Shown in pieces: positions 43,301-55,829 of a DNA stretch of 64,000 bases; position 1 is the first letter of the stretch, and the number at the start of each line of letters is the position of its first letter. The notes below the pieces were generated by a model. That model was not told where the DNA came from. It saw only the letters and a program-made list of their open reading frames with translations, and did no database searches. Made by a program: the position numbers and the translations under genes. Source of the stretch: Klebsormidium nitens (Eukaryota > Plantae > Klebsormidiophyceae); assembly GCA_000708835.1 (NCBI GenBank), contig DF237354.1, positions 1 through 64,000 on the forward strand, written 5' to 3'.

Positions 43301-43629
43301 AGCGCACCATCTTGGCACAAGAACGATGGTCAACTGCTGACAAAAAGTGACAGGGATGACAGCGAACAAATTTTTGAGACATATGATTGTTTGCTATATG
43401 ATACGAGAGTTGAAATCAGAATGATTGTCCAAAGTGGACGAACAGAGAGGAAGTTTTTGGAATGGTGTTAAATGAATTGCCGATAAGAAGATGTTCTATG
43501 AATGTATGAGAGATCTGGGACGTACGAGGGGAGTCAGACCATGATGCTCGAGGTCCAGGCCGGCATTGCTGCAAGCGATTTGATTCGCTGTCGCTCACTC
43601 ATGTACCTTCCCCATATTTGTTCCGAAAT

Positions 43630-46600
43630 CAAAGATAACGGTTGCAATGATGGAAGTAACGTGAAGATCGTGCCAATCGTGGCAGTTATTGAACATGCAG
43701 CATTACCGGCCACCCTCAAATCACAATTGGCTCCGCCCCGTCGAAGCTGGCTACGCTCTTGAAGCGGGTCAGCCAAGAAGCATGGGATGAGGCATTACCA
43801 AAGGCTCCCCGTCCGCACACTCGCCTCACACGCAGCACGGCCGCGCACAAACTTTCTTCTGCCGCACGCGGGCGCGGTCTGCCAGGTCTTTGAGCGGGTC
43901 GCGGCCGCGCCGGCGCGCGCCTTTGCCGCCCCGAGCTGTGTTTGGAAGCAAGCTCTAGTGCGCGCGCGCGCGCTTATGGCCGCGGATGCCGCCCCCCATT
44001 ATGTCTCAGCCCTGGAAGGGCCGGCTAGTAAGCCACTAAGTTCGGCGCGCCAGCTGCCCCGCGGCGGCCTCAAACCCGTCGGGTTCTTAACGGCGGCCGG
44101 AACGGGGCACCTTGTAAAATCAGTACGCGCAGGCCTGTGGTTTCAAGGCGGGCGCGCGAAGCAACCGTGACCGGCACGTTAGGCGAAAAGGATGGCCATG
44201 CTGGTGCGCGCTCAGGGCGCACTTACGACGAAAAGTCGTGTCGTGGGCGGCCGCGGCAAGCTCAAAACTTGTCTGAAAGCATGCAAGTGCTAAACGCCAG
44301 AAGAGACTACGGCCAGTCTCCTTTGAGAAGTGCGCATTCTGATACAGTGCGGACACCGTGGAAGTATTACGGTTTTAATACAATCCACCCAACATTTTGC
44401 CACCGTTTCGTTTATTTCCGGGATCTTCGTTACTTGCAAAAGCCGCCGACCGCATTTTGCGCTTGGCATGCTCTGGTCATTTTCATCCACTCTCGTTCTT
44501 GAAGGTTCATCAACATCTGTATCCGAGAATGAAAGTTGAAGAGCGATGAAAAGGACATTCTGGGCATTCGTAATTACCCAGATGTATCCGACTGTCGAAA
44601 AGAACTTTCGCACTGTTCATCAAATCACCTCAGAGCAAATCTTTCTGCTTAGAAGCACCTACAATTCAACCTGACGGTAGTGATAAGGGCCCTGCTCGCT
44701 TCCCTGAACTTCCGCAAAGGCCGGAAGTGGTAAATTCGACGGGAGTCTTGAAGCCGTTACCAGCCAAGTCTTCAGATTGCTTGCTTCGGCGGGGATACCG
44801 TCAACGAACTTTCATTGGACAAATCATTTAAAGTCCGGTCCGTTTGTGCTGGTCGTACGATGACTATATATGCGCAATGAGAAAATCTGCGCACGACCCG
44901 TTCGAACTCCCGGATCTGCCAGTCCGAGACCTCTGCTTCTAACCTTCACGGGAAACCACTGGTTTCGTCGCCGTAGCTCTCCTGCCCAACGATTCTTGAT
45001 CTCACTTTCTTCTTTGGACTTCCACCGGGCTGTCTGGCCCACACCAAAGCCTGCCTGCCTGCCTGCCTGCCCCAGTTTGAGACCGGTTCATAGCAAAGAG
45101 GAAACGGTCGGAGCCCTTAATTTCAAACAGTTCCTGCTCCTGCAATCTGGTTGTGAAGCCGAGGTCTTGGTGAATCGTACAGAATAACCGAGCCGCCCTC
45201 TCCACGTTGAACTAAACGCCAGTCTTTCTGAACCTGATCTCTAATCTTCTCCTACGAACATGCTTTCGGCGCCGCATACCAATGTCGCACGCTGTAACTT
45301 TACTATATTCTCTTCCCAGTCAAAGATAACGGTGGCAATGATGAAGGCCGGATCAAGGCTGTGCCAATTGTGGCAGCTGTTGAAAATCATCATCAGCCAC
45401 GTAACTTAAATAACAATCGTCTGCGCCTCGTCGAAGCTGACCGCGTCCTTATAAAGCGGGCCAATTAAGAAAGTTCGGAACAAGGCATGACTAAAGGCTC
45501 TCCGACCGCAATCTCCGCAATGCCTACGCGGCATGGCTGCGCAGACTCGTTCTTCTGCCGCGCGCGATTGCGGGACTTCTGATCTTTGGATCGTCGCCGC
45601 CCCACGCTGTGTTTCGTCACCAAGCTGTCGCGCGCGCGCGCGCACTTGAGGCCGCGGATGCGGCCCGCCATATTGGCTCGACCGTGATACGGCCGGCCGG
45701 AAAGCCACGCGACTAAGGCAGGCTGCGCCGGCTGCCCCGCGGGGGTTGCAAATCCGTCGGTGTGTCAACGGCACCGGATCGACCGGATCGAACGGTGCAC
45801 CTTCTACATGATGCGCGCGCGCGCTGAAGCATCCCTGTCAGTCGAAGGCGGGGGCGAGAAACAATTAGACGAGGACTGATTCTGGCCATGCTGGTGCGCG
45901 CACAGGGCGCGCTTACGACGAGGAGTCGCGGGAGGCCGACGCGAAGGCCCAAAAGTTGTTTCGACGCAGCGTTGTGCACGTCAAAAGAGCTTCCGGTCAA
46001 TCGCCTTTGCAATTAAGGGTCTCTCATAGAGAACATCTTGGAAGGTTTACGTTTGGCAAAACAGTCCCACGTGCACGCTTTCACGCTTTTAGCTTCCGGG
46101 ACGATCATTGTTTACCACTAGGACCCCTGACCTGATCTTGCGCTTGCTTTGGTAATTTTGTTCCGTTCCTGTTTCCGACGGTTCATTGATGTAGAAAACC
46201 GGTTTTTATACTGGAAGAGCAATGACAATGACATTCTGGGCAATCTCATGACCACCCAGATTCCTCCCGTTGTTGAAGGAGCCAGATTGGTGCGCCCCGT
46301 TCAACACGTTACTCTTAGGTTTTCTGGACTGAAGAGCACTTATAGGCGGACGGTCGTGATGACGTCACTCCTCGCTTACTTGGGTTCCGCGAAGGCCGGA
46401 AGTGGATAGTTTCGGGCAGTCGTGAAGCCGTTGCCAACCAAGTCTTCACATTCAGTGCTCGCCTCAGCGGGGATGCCGTCAACGTACTTTCCAAGGGCTT
46501 TGAACCAATTTCAGATTCGGTCCGTTTGGGCTGGCCGCACGATAGTCGTGCACATTGAGAGGATCTGCGCACGATCCGTTCTAGAGTTGCCAGTCCGAGA

Positions 46601-46630
46601 CCTCTGCTTCTATCCACATGTTTCGTCGTT
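43630..46630 (+). repeat. Array units A (~43630-45000) and B (~45320-46630), period ~1.7 kb
   Basis: caaagataacggt(t/g)gcaatgatg at 43630 and 45321; ggccatgctggtgcgcgc; gacattctgggca; gccggaagtgg; ccagtccgagacctctgcttcta present in both. Confidence 0.85.
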
Positions 46631-48954
46631 GTAGCTCTCCTACTCCTACACTAGCTCCCCTCTTCCTTCTTTAGGCTTTCCTGAATTATCACCAGGCGAT
46701 CTGGCCCGCACCAGACCCGGAGTCTTCTCACGCCCCCTCGTTGCCCGCTCTTTTCTTGGAATGTACAGACTCCCGCTCCCCAAACCGTCCACTCTTATCT
46801 TAGAGCGCCCACCAGAACATCTTCATGTTGGCTGCCCTCTTGACTCTTTCCCCGTGATGGAGGCGTACTACATATGCTGCTGAGTGCTCCTCAAGCCTAC
46901 TTGCGTCGCGGCCGCGTCGCGCTCCTTGGACTTTTCCAGATCTACGGCTTGCGTGCACCTTCCGTTCGGTCCACTCTAGTCGTTCCGTTCCGCTCGCTGC
47001 TATTCCAGATTGAAGTCTATGCCTTGCACCATGTCATGATCAGGCCTCCTCCCTTAATGTGCTCTGTGGTTTAGGTAAAGTACAGGGCGTTTGCGGACAT
47101 CGAAAAACAATAATCCGGCAGTGATGGCAAAGATGTTGTTGGGCAGCGCGACTATTGCGACTACCAACAGAATTCCTTCTTTGCATTTTGCATCTGATGA
47201 GCCAGATCCGTAGGCCCCATCAATGATTAATTGCCCTCAGGTACTTTTCAAATGCTCATCTTGCGCTTGGAAGGATCCGAAAAAAAGGCACTTTAGGCGA
47301 TGAGCCATGCTGGTGCGCACAGAGGGCGCCTTTACGACGAAGAGTTGCGGGCAGCCGGAGCCAAGGCTCAATATCTGCTTCATCGCAGCCTCAGGCTCCT
47401 GTACGCCAAAACAAAGTGCGGCCAACGGACTCTGAAAAGTGCATACCATGATACAGTGCGAGCAGTATGGAAGTTCTACGGTTGAGAAACGATCCCGCAT
47501 GCACTTTGCTATCGATTCCTTTAGTTTCCGGGATGTCCGTTACTCAGCAAGACCGCTGACGTACCTGACCTTGCGCTTTTTCCTAGTGAACGTTTTGTTT
47601 CTTTCCGTGCCCAAAGATTCATTGACAGGGATATCAAACCAATCGGAGAGCAATGACAAGGACAGTCCCAGCGATCTCGTGACTGCCCACATCCCTTCGA
47701 CTGTAGAAAGAGCTAGAGTGGTGCGCACCGTTTATCGTATTGCGTCAAAGCACGCGTCTTTGGGGCTAGGAGCAATTACAGTCCAACCGGACAATGGTGA
47801 TGTGCGCTATCCGCTTTCTGGGCTTGCGCCAAGACCGGAAGTATGATGTTTTCGGCAGCTGTCGTGAAGCCGTTACACTTATTACACCCAACCTGTTACA
47901 CCCGTTACACCACATGCTTTACCTCGTTCCACCTCTGAAAAGACCTTGACGAAGAGGACTGATTTGAATCTGCAGCCGCCTTCTGATTTGAATCTTTTTC
48001 CAATACGTTTTTCCGGCCTTCCGATTTCGGCCTGTGACGGTAGTGTCATAAAGTGCCAGCTTTTGGAGCTTGCAGAATAACCCAGACGCACTCTCTTCGT
48101 CGAACGAAACGCTGATCTTTCTGCTTGAGTTCTACTCTTCTCCATTGAACGTGCTGTCGACGCATACCGTTAAAGCACAGTGTAACTTTCTTATGTTCTG
48201 TACATATCAAACATCAACGGTGGCAATGATGAAAGCCTTCAAGGCCGTGCCAATTTTGGCAGTGGTTGACGTAGCATCATGACCAGCCAAATCTAAGACA
48301 AAATCAGCTCCGCCCCGTCAAAGCGGGTCGCGCTCTTAGAAGCGGGCCAGTCAAGCAGCATGGGATACGGCATGACAGAAAAGTTTCCGACCGAATTATT
48401 CTCGCCTCGGCTGACATATATTGCATGCGCGTCCGACTCGGTCTTTCGCCGCGCGCGGGCGCGGTCTGGTCTTCGTGCGCGTCGCGGCCGCGCCGCCGCC
48501 CACGCTCCCGGGTTGGCACCAAGCTGTCGTGCGCATGCGCGCGCTTAAGTTCGCAAATGCGGCCGCCATCATAGCTCTACCCTGTGAGCCACTGCAAGGC
48601 CGGCGCGCGCGGGATGCCCCGGCGGCGGCTGCAAATTTAAGTTTATTATGTCAACGGCGGCCGGAACAGCGCACCTTGTAAAATCACGCGCGCTCGCGCT
48701 GGAGCATCCCTGTCAGCCAAAGGGGCGCGCGCGAAGCAACCATGACCGCCACTTCACGCGAGGAGGCTGGCCACGCTGGTGTGCGCACACACGTCAAAAA
48801 AGTTGCGGGCGGTCGCGGCCACTCGAAACTTGTTTCAACGCACCTTCCTACACGCCAGAACCGTTTACGAGCAATAGCATTTGCAAAGTGCGTATCAAGT
48901 CATTGTTAGAAGTATTTGCGCACTGCCACTCGGGCCACTGGCGCCAGTGTGGCC

Positions 48955-49154
48955 NNNNNNNNNNNNNNNNNNNNNNNNNNNNNNNNNNNNNNNNNNNNNN
49001 NNNNNNNNNNNNNNNNNNNNNNNNNNNNNNNNNNNNNNNNNNNNNNNNNNNNNNNNNNNNNNNNNNNNNNNNNNNNNNNNNNNNNNNNNNNNNNNNNNNN
49101 NNNNNNNNNNNNNNNNNNNNNNNNNNNNNNNNNNNNNNNNNNNNNNNNNNNNNN
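48955..49154. other. Assembly gap (200 N)
   Basis: Run of N. The round length suggests a placeholder size. Confidence 0.99.
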
Positions 49155-49244
49155 ACGCCACCTCTGGGCAACCCTTTTGCGCAGCCAGCCGCAATACTCT
49201 CTCGTTCCTGCCGGGATTCGAACCCAGTCCGGTCACCGCATTTT

Positions 49245-49326
49245 TGTTAGAAGTATTTGCGCACTGCCACTCGGGCCACACTGGCGCCAGTGTGGCCCGA
49301 GTGGCAGTGCGCAACTACTTCTAACA
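49245..49326. repeat. 82-bp near-perfect palindrome (40/41 pairs, no loop)
   Basis: tgttagaagtatttgcgcactgccactcgggccacactggc|gccagtgtggcccgagtggcagtgcgcaactacttctaaca; a single mismatch. Confidence 0.97.
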
Positions 49327-52300
49327 GTCATAACGCGAAGAGGGTGCAAGGTCTACAGTTGAAAACCGATTTCAGATGCACTTTGCCACTTAGCTTCCGG
49401 AACCCTCATAAGTTTACCAGGACCACTGCACTGATCTTGCGTTTTCTCTGGTAACCTTCATCAGATACCGCTATCAAGGCTCATCAGCAATAATATCGAT
49501 ATCCGAGCCTAATGAAGCAGCAATGAGGACGACATTCTGGGCCGCAATCCCGTGACTGCCCAGATAGAGGGGTTTCAGAGTCGAAGGAGCTAGAGTGGTG
49601 CGCACCATCAGAGCACGCGTCTTTCTGGACTAAGAGCATTTATCATTCAAGCGGACGGTGGTGATGACGACACTACTCGCTTCCTAGGCTTCCGCCAATG
49701 CCGGAAGTGGGAGTCTTCCAGCAGTGTTGAAGTCGGTACAATCAGACTGCTCGCATCAGCGGGGATACAGTCAACGGAATTCTCAGGCCTATTTCCAAAT
49801 TCAGTCCGTTCGTGCTGGCTGTACAATAATCTGCCTCTTAAAAAAGCAATATGTTAGACCTGCTCCAGAGCTTCGAGTCCAAAGACTCTGCTTCTATCCT
49901 TACCCGGGAGCCAATGTTTCGTCGCCGTAGCTCCTCCTTACTCCGAAGATGGACACGTCTCTTATAGCCCGTGCGCATCAAAGGCATGGGGCGGAGATTG
50001 TGGATCATTATCTTTGACGAAAGATCACACGGCGATCTGGCGCAAACCAGACACCAGGGGGCTTCTTATGTCGGGGGCTTCTTATGTCCCCATAAACGTT
50101 ACTGCTTTATCAAAGCTCAACGTGCCCCTGTTGGAGACGTGTTCACAACGAACAAGACCGGCTTCTCGAGCTGGGTCGGAGCGGTTTCTTTCAGTCAGTT
50201 CATGTCCCTGCAATTTCGCCTGAAACGGAAGCCTCCGGAACCGTTCAATTGCCACTTTGCTGGAGCAGATTGCTCCGCTTAGGCCCAGGTTTGCCTCCGG
50301 CTTGAGGACGCCCGTGGGTGCTCGTACTGCGCGACTTTTGAATCGCCCCTTTCTCAAGATCTGCCGTGTCTTCTCCGTAAGGGTGTACTCCGTCGACAAT
50401 GAAAGAAAAGCCCGCCGAGCGCCGTTGCCTCAGTAGTTCACAACTTGCTTGTCTCTAAGTCGGCAAGAACTGCAAAAACTGCAAAAACGCACCTGATCTA
50501 AAGACGTCGGCGGCTTTCATGCTTCTAAGTAGCCGTTTTTGGCCTTTCGAACTAAGGGCTAACATCATCCACTACGAACGGGCACGCGCCTTTGGTGGAA
50601 ATTCTCTCACAGGGGCGCGCCACTGGCGCGCTTTGCACCTTTTCTGAAGTCAGCCCCGACTATTCTCCGCAAAAATGACGGAGGACCCGGAAGACGCCCC
50701 GGTTTGAGGGAGTTCCAGAAGCTACAACCTAGCGGGGCCGGTTCGCTTCTGTGCTTCTACATGAGTCTGACGTGCTTGTTTATCTCAATCTGATTGCCAG
50801 ATACTTGCACATTCCTTTGCATTAATCATGGTAAGATGCTGAACGGTTGGAAAGCATCTCGTTCGTGCATCCGGTGAAGATAGCGTGAGTAATTGCTTCA
50901 ATACCGTTCGTGGGCTGTGATTGACCATTCATGGCTAGCGGGAACTCGCACAAACCATTGGGCGATTTTGATGCGTCATCAGGAGCCCGCACACCTGGAT
51001 TCCATCTTTGTCAGGAGGAATCTTGTGCATCGCCTCTGCTTTACATCCCGTAATACTTTATCGAAGGAGTCTCAAGGCTCCAGCTTGGCGATTCCAGAGC
51101 TCGTGGCTCTTTCACAAGCCGGTAGCTATGCGCCTGCTCCTGGCTTACAATCTGGATGCTTCTTACATTGGTGCTGTGCTTTGTTGGTCGGAATCACCGT
51201 TTCTTTGATGCTGAAACCAGGTCCATGCCAATCTGGTTGGCATGTATTCCTAATTGCTTAATCTCGGTTACGCAGCATTTCGTTTGGCCTTCGCATCATT
51301 TTCTTCTTTTGGATTGCTCCGTGCTGCCACGTGGCACTTTAACATTTCAAAAATGGTCCGTGCCTCCTGCCAAGATGCTTCACCCTTGGACATCACCTGG
51401 ATCCGTTCAGCGCAAGCGCCTTCATACGCCTCAACTTCTTCGGCGTTCTCTTGAAGAGGCCTCGCAAGCGTTAAAATCAAGGACGAGGTGGACAGAGTCC
51501 ACTATTGTAACCTTCCTTTCCGATTTCTGCCCTGCACAAGTTCCCTGTTCTTTGTCCTTCCACTTTTCTATGTAAGCCTGACATACTTGACCTCTACAAG
51601 GAGATATCGGCTGTGATGGCGGCAAGGAATGAGCTGAAGTCTTTCAGTGCTCACACTCGTGTCGATCTATGATGCCGACTTAATTTAGGGGAAGTACCTT
51701 GTTTACGATCAGAACTGGGTTTTCAAAGAAGGTGCGACAGCAATTCCGCGTTCCACTTCAGCACATCTGGGCGAGTCAACGATTCAAGATGCTGGAATGC
51801 AGTGATCACAGAAGAGAATAATCTGCCGAGTCCTGGATCTCTGTTGGTGAGGATGTTGCTCTTGTCGTTTGAGCAGCAGGTCTGCTCACGCAAAATTGGA
51901 TCGACTGATGATGCCAGAACCCAATGCTCAGAATTAGCTGATGGTCCGTGACGCCAAATGAGGCTCATAAAGAGTCCATCTCGGGAAAGGATCTCAAAGG
52001 CACGGCAGAGTTAGTCTCGTTGAGCGGTGCATTTGCATGACGATAACATATTTTGGGCACTTCAGGACCAATCAGAGGGGTAAGCAGATTGGTTACCGAG
52101 CCTGGCGGATTGTGAATAGGCATCATTCTATCGGAAAAGAGAGAATTTTTGAGAAGAGCTCCGATACTTTCCAACCTTTCCTGTCCGTTCCTCACATCAC
52201 GTACCCATTCTCCTAAACCTGGGACGTTTTCGCATCGACCGTGAGCACGAAGCTCTGAGAAAATCGGGCTCATTGACCGTTTCCGCAGCAGCGAGTCGCA

Positions 52301-52519
52301 ATCGTAGGATTTTGTCGCTTTTCGGTGCTGTTGTGGCATAGCGAGAGCGATCCAGCGATTGAGGCCTATAATTGCATAGCTTCACTGCGTAGACCCCTTT
52401 CCGTACCATCTGCATGCGTTGAATCACATGCTACTCTTTCTGCATTCCACTTCTACGGCGCTTTTCCTTTCAAATTTTCTCTCGACCACTGTGCTAGAAA
52501 AGCTGTCTCGATCTGAAGG

Positions 52520-54700
52520 CTTGACAGTCGCAACGATAAAGTTAACTATAAGGCAATACCAATCAAGGCAATTTCCGAAATTGATCCTCAAGTTGACTAG
52601 CCACCATCTCTTCCGTGATCGGTTCCGCCACGAAGCGGGCGCCGGCCGCGCTCGCGGAGCGGCCCAGTCAAGAAAGTCAAGAAGCATGAGACGAGACGTT
52701 ACCAAAGAGGTCTCCCGAGCAAAGAGCTTCGGCTGCCAATTGCATGCGTGCAGAGCCCGTTCTCCGCGCGCGACCATCGCGCAGCACGTCTGGTGTACGC
52801 GCGCATCGCGGCCGCGCAGCGCAAAAGGGGCCGCCGTGGCCGCCGTGGCCGATACAGCTGCCCGTTCTGGGCACTCTGCCGCGCGCGCGGTCTGAGCTTC
52901 TCGGCCAGGCAAGAAGTGGGGTTGACGAGGGGTTGACGAGCTCACGCGCGACCGGGCGGCCAGATTCGCCACGTCGGCAGCGCAGGAAAAAAACCGCTTC
53001 TAGCAGAATAGCTGTGTCCCGCGTGGCCGGGCCAAGCCCAGTGCGGGCTTGGCCATATCCGTCCAGATGCTGCGCGCTTGCGCTGAAGTATAGCACAGTG
53101 ATACAAAGGTGGGCGCGCAAAGAGCACCTGTGACTGTCACTACGTCGAGCGGCGCCCGCCGCGCTGCACAGGTGCGCGCACAACGGAAAGCCGCAGGCGA
53201 CTGCTGTCGCCAACTCAGAAGATGTTTCGACGCAGTCTTTAAGGGAGTAGAAGAGCAGGATGATTTTCGAAATCGGAGTACGCATCATATGCGCACATTT
53301 CGGAAGGCCTTGGTTGAGGAAAATACCTCACACTTCGCCACTCTACCGTCACCTTCTCGCTACAGACCAGGCCCCTTGACTTGCTCCAGGGCGTTTCTTT
53401 GGTGACCATTTGGCGACATTCCTGGAAGTTTGAAGGCAATGACGATCAGAGAACCTGGGAAGTACGTCTAAGAAGTACGTCTAATATCCTGGCCAAAAAC
53501 CCATAGTTACTCGAAACGAGAGGAGCCAGAATCAGTGCGCACCGTCAATCGTAGTCCGTGGGAAAACACCGTGACGCCGCGGTCCTTTGATCTAGGAGGC
53601 GCTCTGGAAAAGAATCAAACGTCCTTTTAGTATAACGGTGGGAAATTACGTCTCATGGCAGCTTCTCTTTTTCTATCATCCTGATCGCAAGCTCCAGACG
53701 AATCCAACTTTCAGAGTTGAACTCGAGTGTTGAGGGCGAAAATCTGCATGTCGGGGTGATGATGAAGGTGACAACATATCTGGCGAAGTAGTCCAGAGTC
53801 CGCTGTTGTCCTTCTGATGCCGCTCGCAAACTGCCGGCGCCGTACGGCCGTAGGACTGGTCTTAGATTTTCTTCTTCCCAAGTACAAGGCGGGCTCGACG
53901 TCTGACCCGTGTCCTGGTTCATCTTTACCTGGGCTCAGTCGTAGCCGCTTATTCACAGAGATCTCGAGATGAAACTGGTGCGAAGTAGACCTATTGTGTC
54001 TCACCTGGTTGTACCCTGATAGTCTCTCCAAGTGACGAGTATACTGTGTATGACAGCAACCACTCAAAAGCAGGTCAAGTTCCACGGAACCCACAGAACG
54101 TTCCAATTCCATCCTCTTCTATCATCAAGCTTTTCCAGTGATGCCGGTGCTGGAAAATGATGACCCCAGGTCGGAACACCCACCCCTTTGGCAATCGACA
54201 CAACTATCGGGATTCGGGTTTGTTAACGTTGCACCCTTTCAAAACGCTTGCTTTAATCTGGTCTTTCGATCCTGGGCCATGAACTTGAAACGACGCTGGG
54301 TGGGCGTGGCCTTATCTTATCAATCCACCGCTGCGTTATCCGTTGCCGAGCCATGTTAACGTTTGAATTGCTTCAGGTCTTGTGCATGGGGACGTCGGAA
54401 TCCGTTCCTCGAAAGTCGACTGGTAGTAGCCCTTATCTCCCAAAAGGCAGCTGGTGCAATCGGATCCTCCTTGTGAAAAGGAATGGTTTTAAGATTCAAG
54501 TACACGGCTTGCTGGAGTAGTGTGTGCGTCCCTTTTGCGGCGACTTGCTTGTTCCGGGCAGTTATGTTGGAGTCATACCAAGGTTTTTCGCCATGTGAAG
54601 GACATGGGATTGACAACGCTAGTGAGCCCTGGCTGCGGCTCAACTTGAAACGAGGCTCGTCAGTCACCTTCGTTGTCGTGGATTTTGCTTTTATTGTATC
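52520..54700 (+). repeat. Array unit E (long form), close paralogue of unit I (~61500-63300)
   Basis: Shared with I: ggccgcgctcg..agcgg.ccagtcaagaaagt.aagaag, tggggttgacgag, gtcgagcggcgcccgccgcgc, cttctgatgccgctcgc, tctgacc.gtgtcctggt and gcgcttgctt.aatctg. Confidence 0.8.
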
Positions 54701-55829
54701 AAATCTTGCTAGCATAGCAAAACAAAGCAAGTGATGACAAGTATTTGGGAAACCGGCGCTTCTCAGAGCTCCCTCTGGAGCGTGGAACGCAGATTGCTTC
54801 AATGTTTCTAACGGCGAAGTCGTAGTTTCTGAATGGTCAGGATTCAATTGGGTTGCCTTTGGCAGTCCATGACGACCGCCGGCCAGTCGTAGAGGCAGTG
54901 GAGAAGGGCTGTCATTCTCGAGCGACTTCGATTACGGCCCTTCTTGTTGCAATTACAAGCCGCTCCCTGGTAACATATCGGACATGTACAGGAGAGAATA
55001 AGCAGACGATTGGCGGTGACAAGAGTCTAAGTTGATGCTAGCCCGTGAAATCCTGCACCTCCTCCTCCTGGGATAAAACAAAACCAGCGTTTTTTCAAAG
55101 TCACTTCCGTTTGTGTTTACAAAGAATTCTACTAGGGACCTAACATATTTTTTTCACTGCCGTTCGGCTACGGTTCTTCTGGTATTGCGACCAATAGCGA
55201 TCAGATCCTATATAGATAGCAGGCTTAAGATCCCAGACCGATGTTCTTGACTGCCCTTGGCTTGAGAATGAAAAAGCAACTGTGAATCAAATTGAACAGT
55301 AGTGATGATGACACGGATCGCTCCCTAGGCCTACACAAAAGCCCGGCATCATCATTACTCTTTGAAGCCGCAACAAGCCGACTGCTTGAATGAACTCATT
55401 GCTTTTCCCAACCGAAAAAGAGAGCCAAAAAGCTGCTCAGGGCTATCTTCAAGTCCAATCCTTTCCAGCTGGCCGTACCAGATTTAGGCGCCTTGGGAAC
55501 TTACAAAACGACCCACTGCAAATCCCCTTCCCGTGATGGACAGATCTTCTGACGAGGTTCTCGCCAGAGTTGCTTCAGACATGAATGAGGACACTAGGTT
55601 TACTCCGCAAAGACTTGCTCTGGTAAGATGGTCTCGAAGAAGAAGCGCCCTGTCCGATGTAAATTCCGTTCGTTTGTTCCGACTTTCAACTTCTCGTGGC
55701 AATTGGACCAGCTAGGTCGCGGCTTCGCACGGCTAGCGGCCGCGCGCCGGTAGACGGCGAATCGCGTGGGCGCAACGATCAGATCCTGATTACCCAACGC
55801 TTTCTTCAATTACCTCTTCTCTGGATTGA

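Larger units (their letters stand above)
48904..49326. mobile_element. Small LTR-like (TRIM-like) insertion with palindromic terminal direct repeats, TG...CA ends and 5-bp TSD
   Basis: GTCAT at 48899-48903 and 49327-49331 flanks TGTTAGAAG...CTTCTAACA. The right repeat (49245-49326) is an 82-bp palindrome. The left repeat (48904-48954) is its direct copy up to the gap. The flanks rejoin collinearly with unit C. Confidence 0.75.
47110..49930 (+). repeat. Array units C (~47110-47870, internally deleted) and D (~48210-49930, interrupted by insertion)
   Basis: C keeps gagccatgctggtgcgc, cgtgactgccca and gagctagagtggtgcgcacc but lacks most of the GC core. D has the full anchor, core and downstream blocks. 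Confidence 0.8.

Noticed and set aside
49205-49285. Functional tRNA gene
   Set aside because: Only A-box, B-box and T-arm-like parts are present; acceptor and anticodon stems do not pair.
48904-49326. Possible CRISPR-like repeat-spacer-repeat
   Set aside because: Only two 82-bp repeats, eukaryotic context, no cas genes; TG...CA ends and the TSD indicate an integrase-type insertion.
48648-49362. Long ORFs spanning 48.6-49.4 kb
   Set aside because: Artefacts of translating through the 200-N gap.
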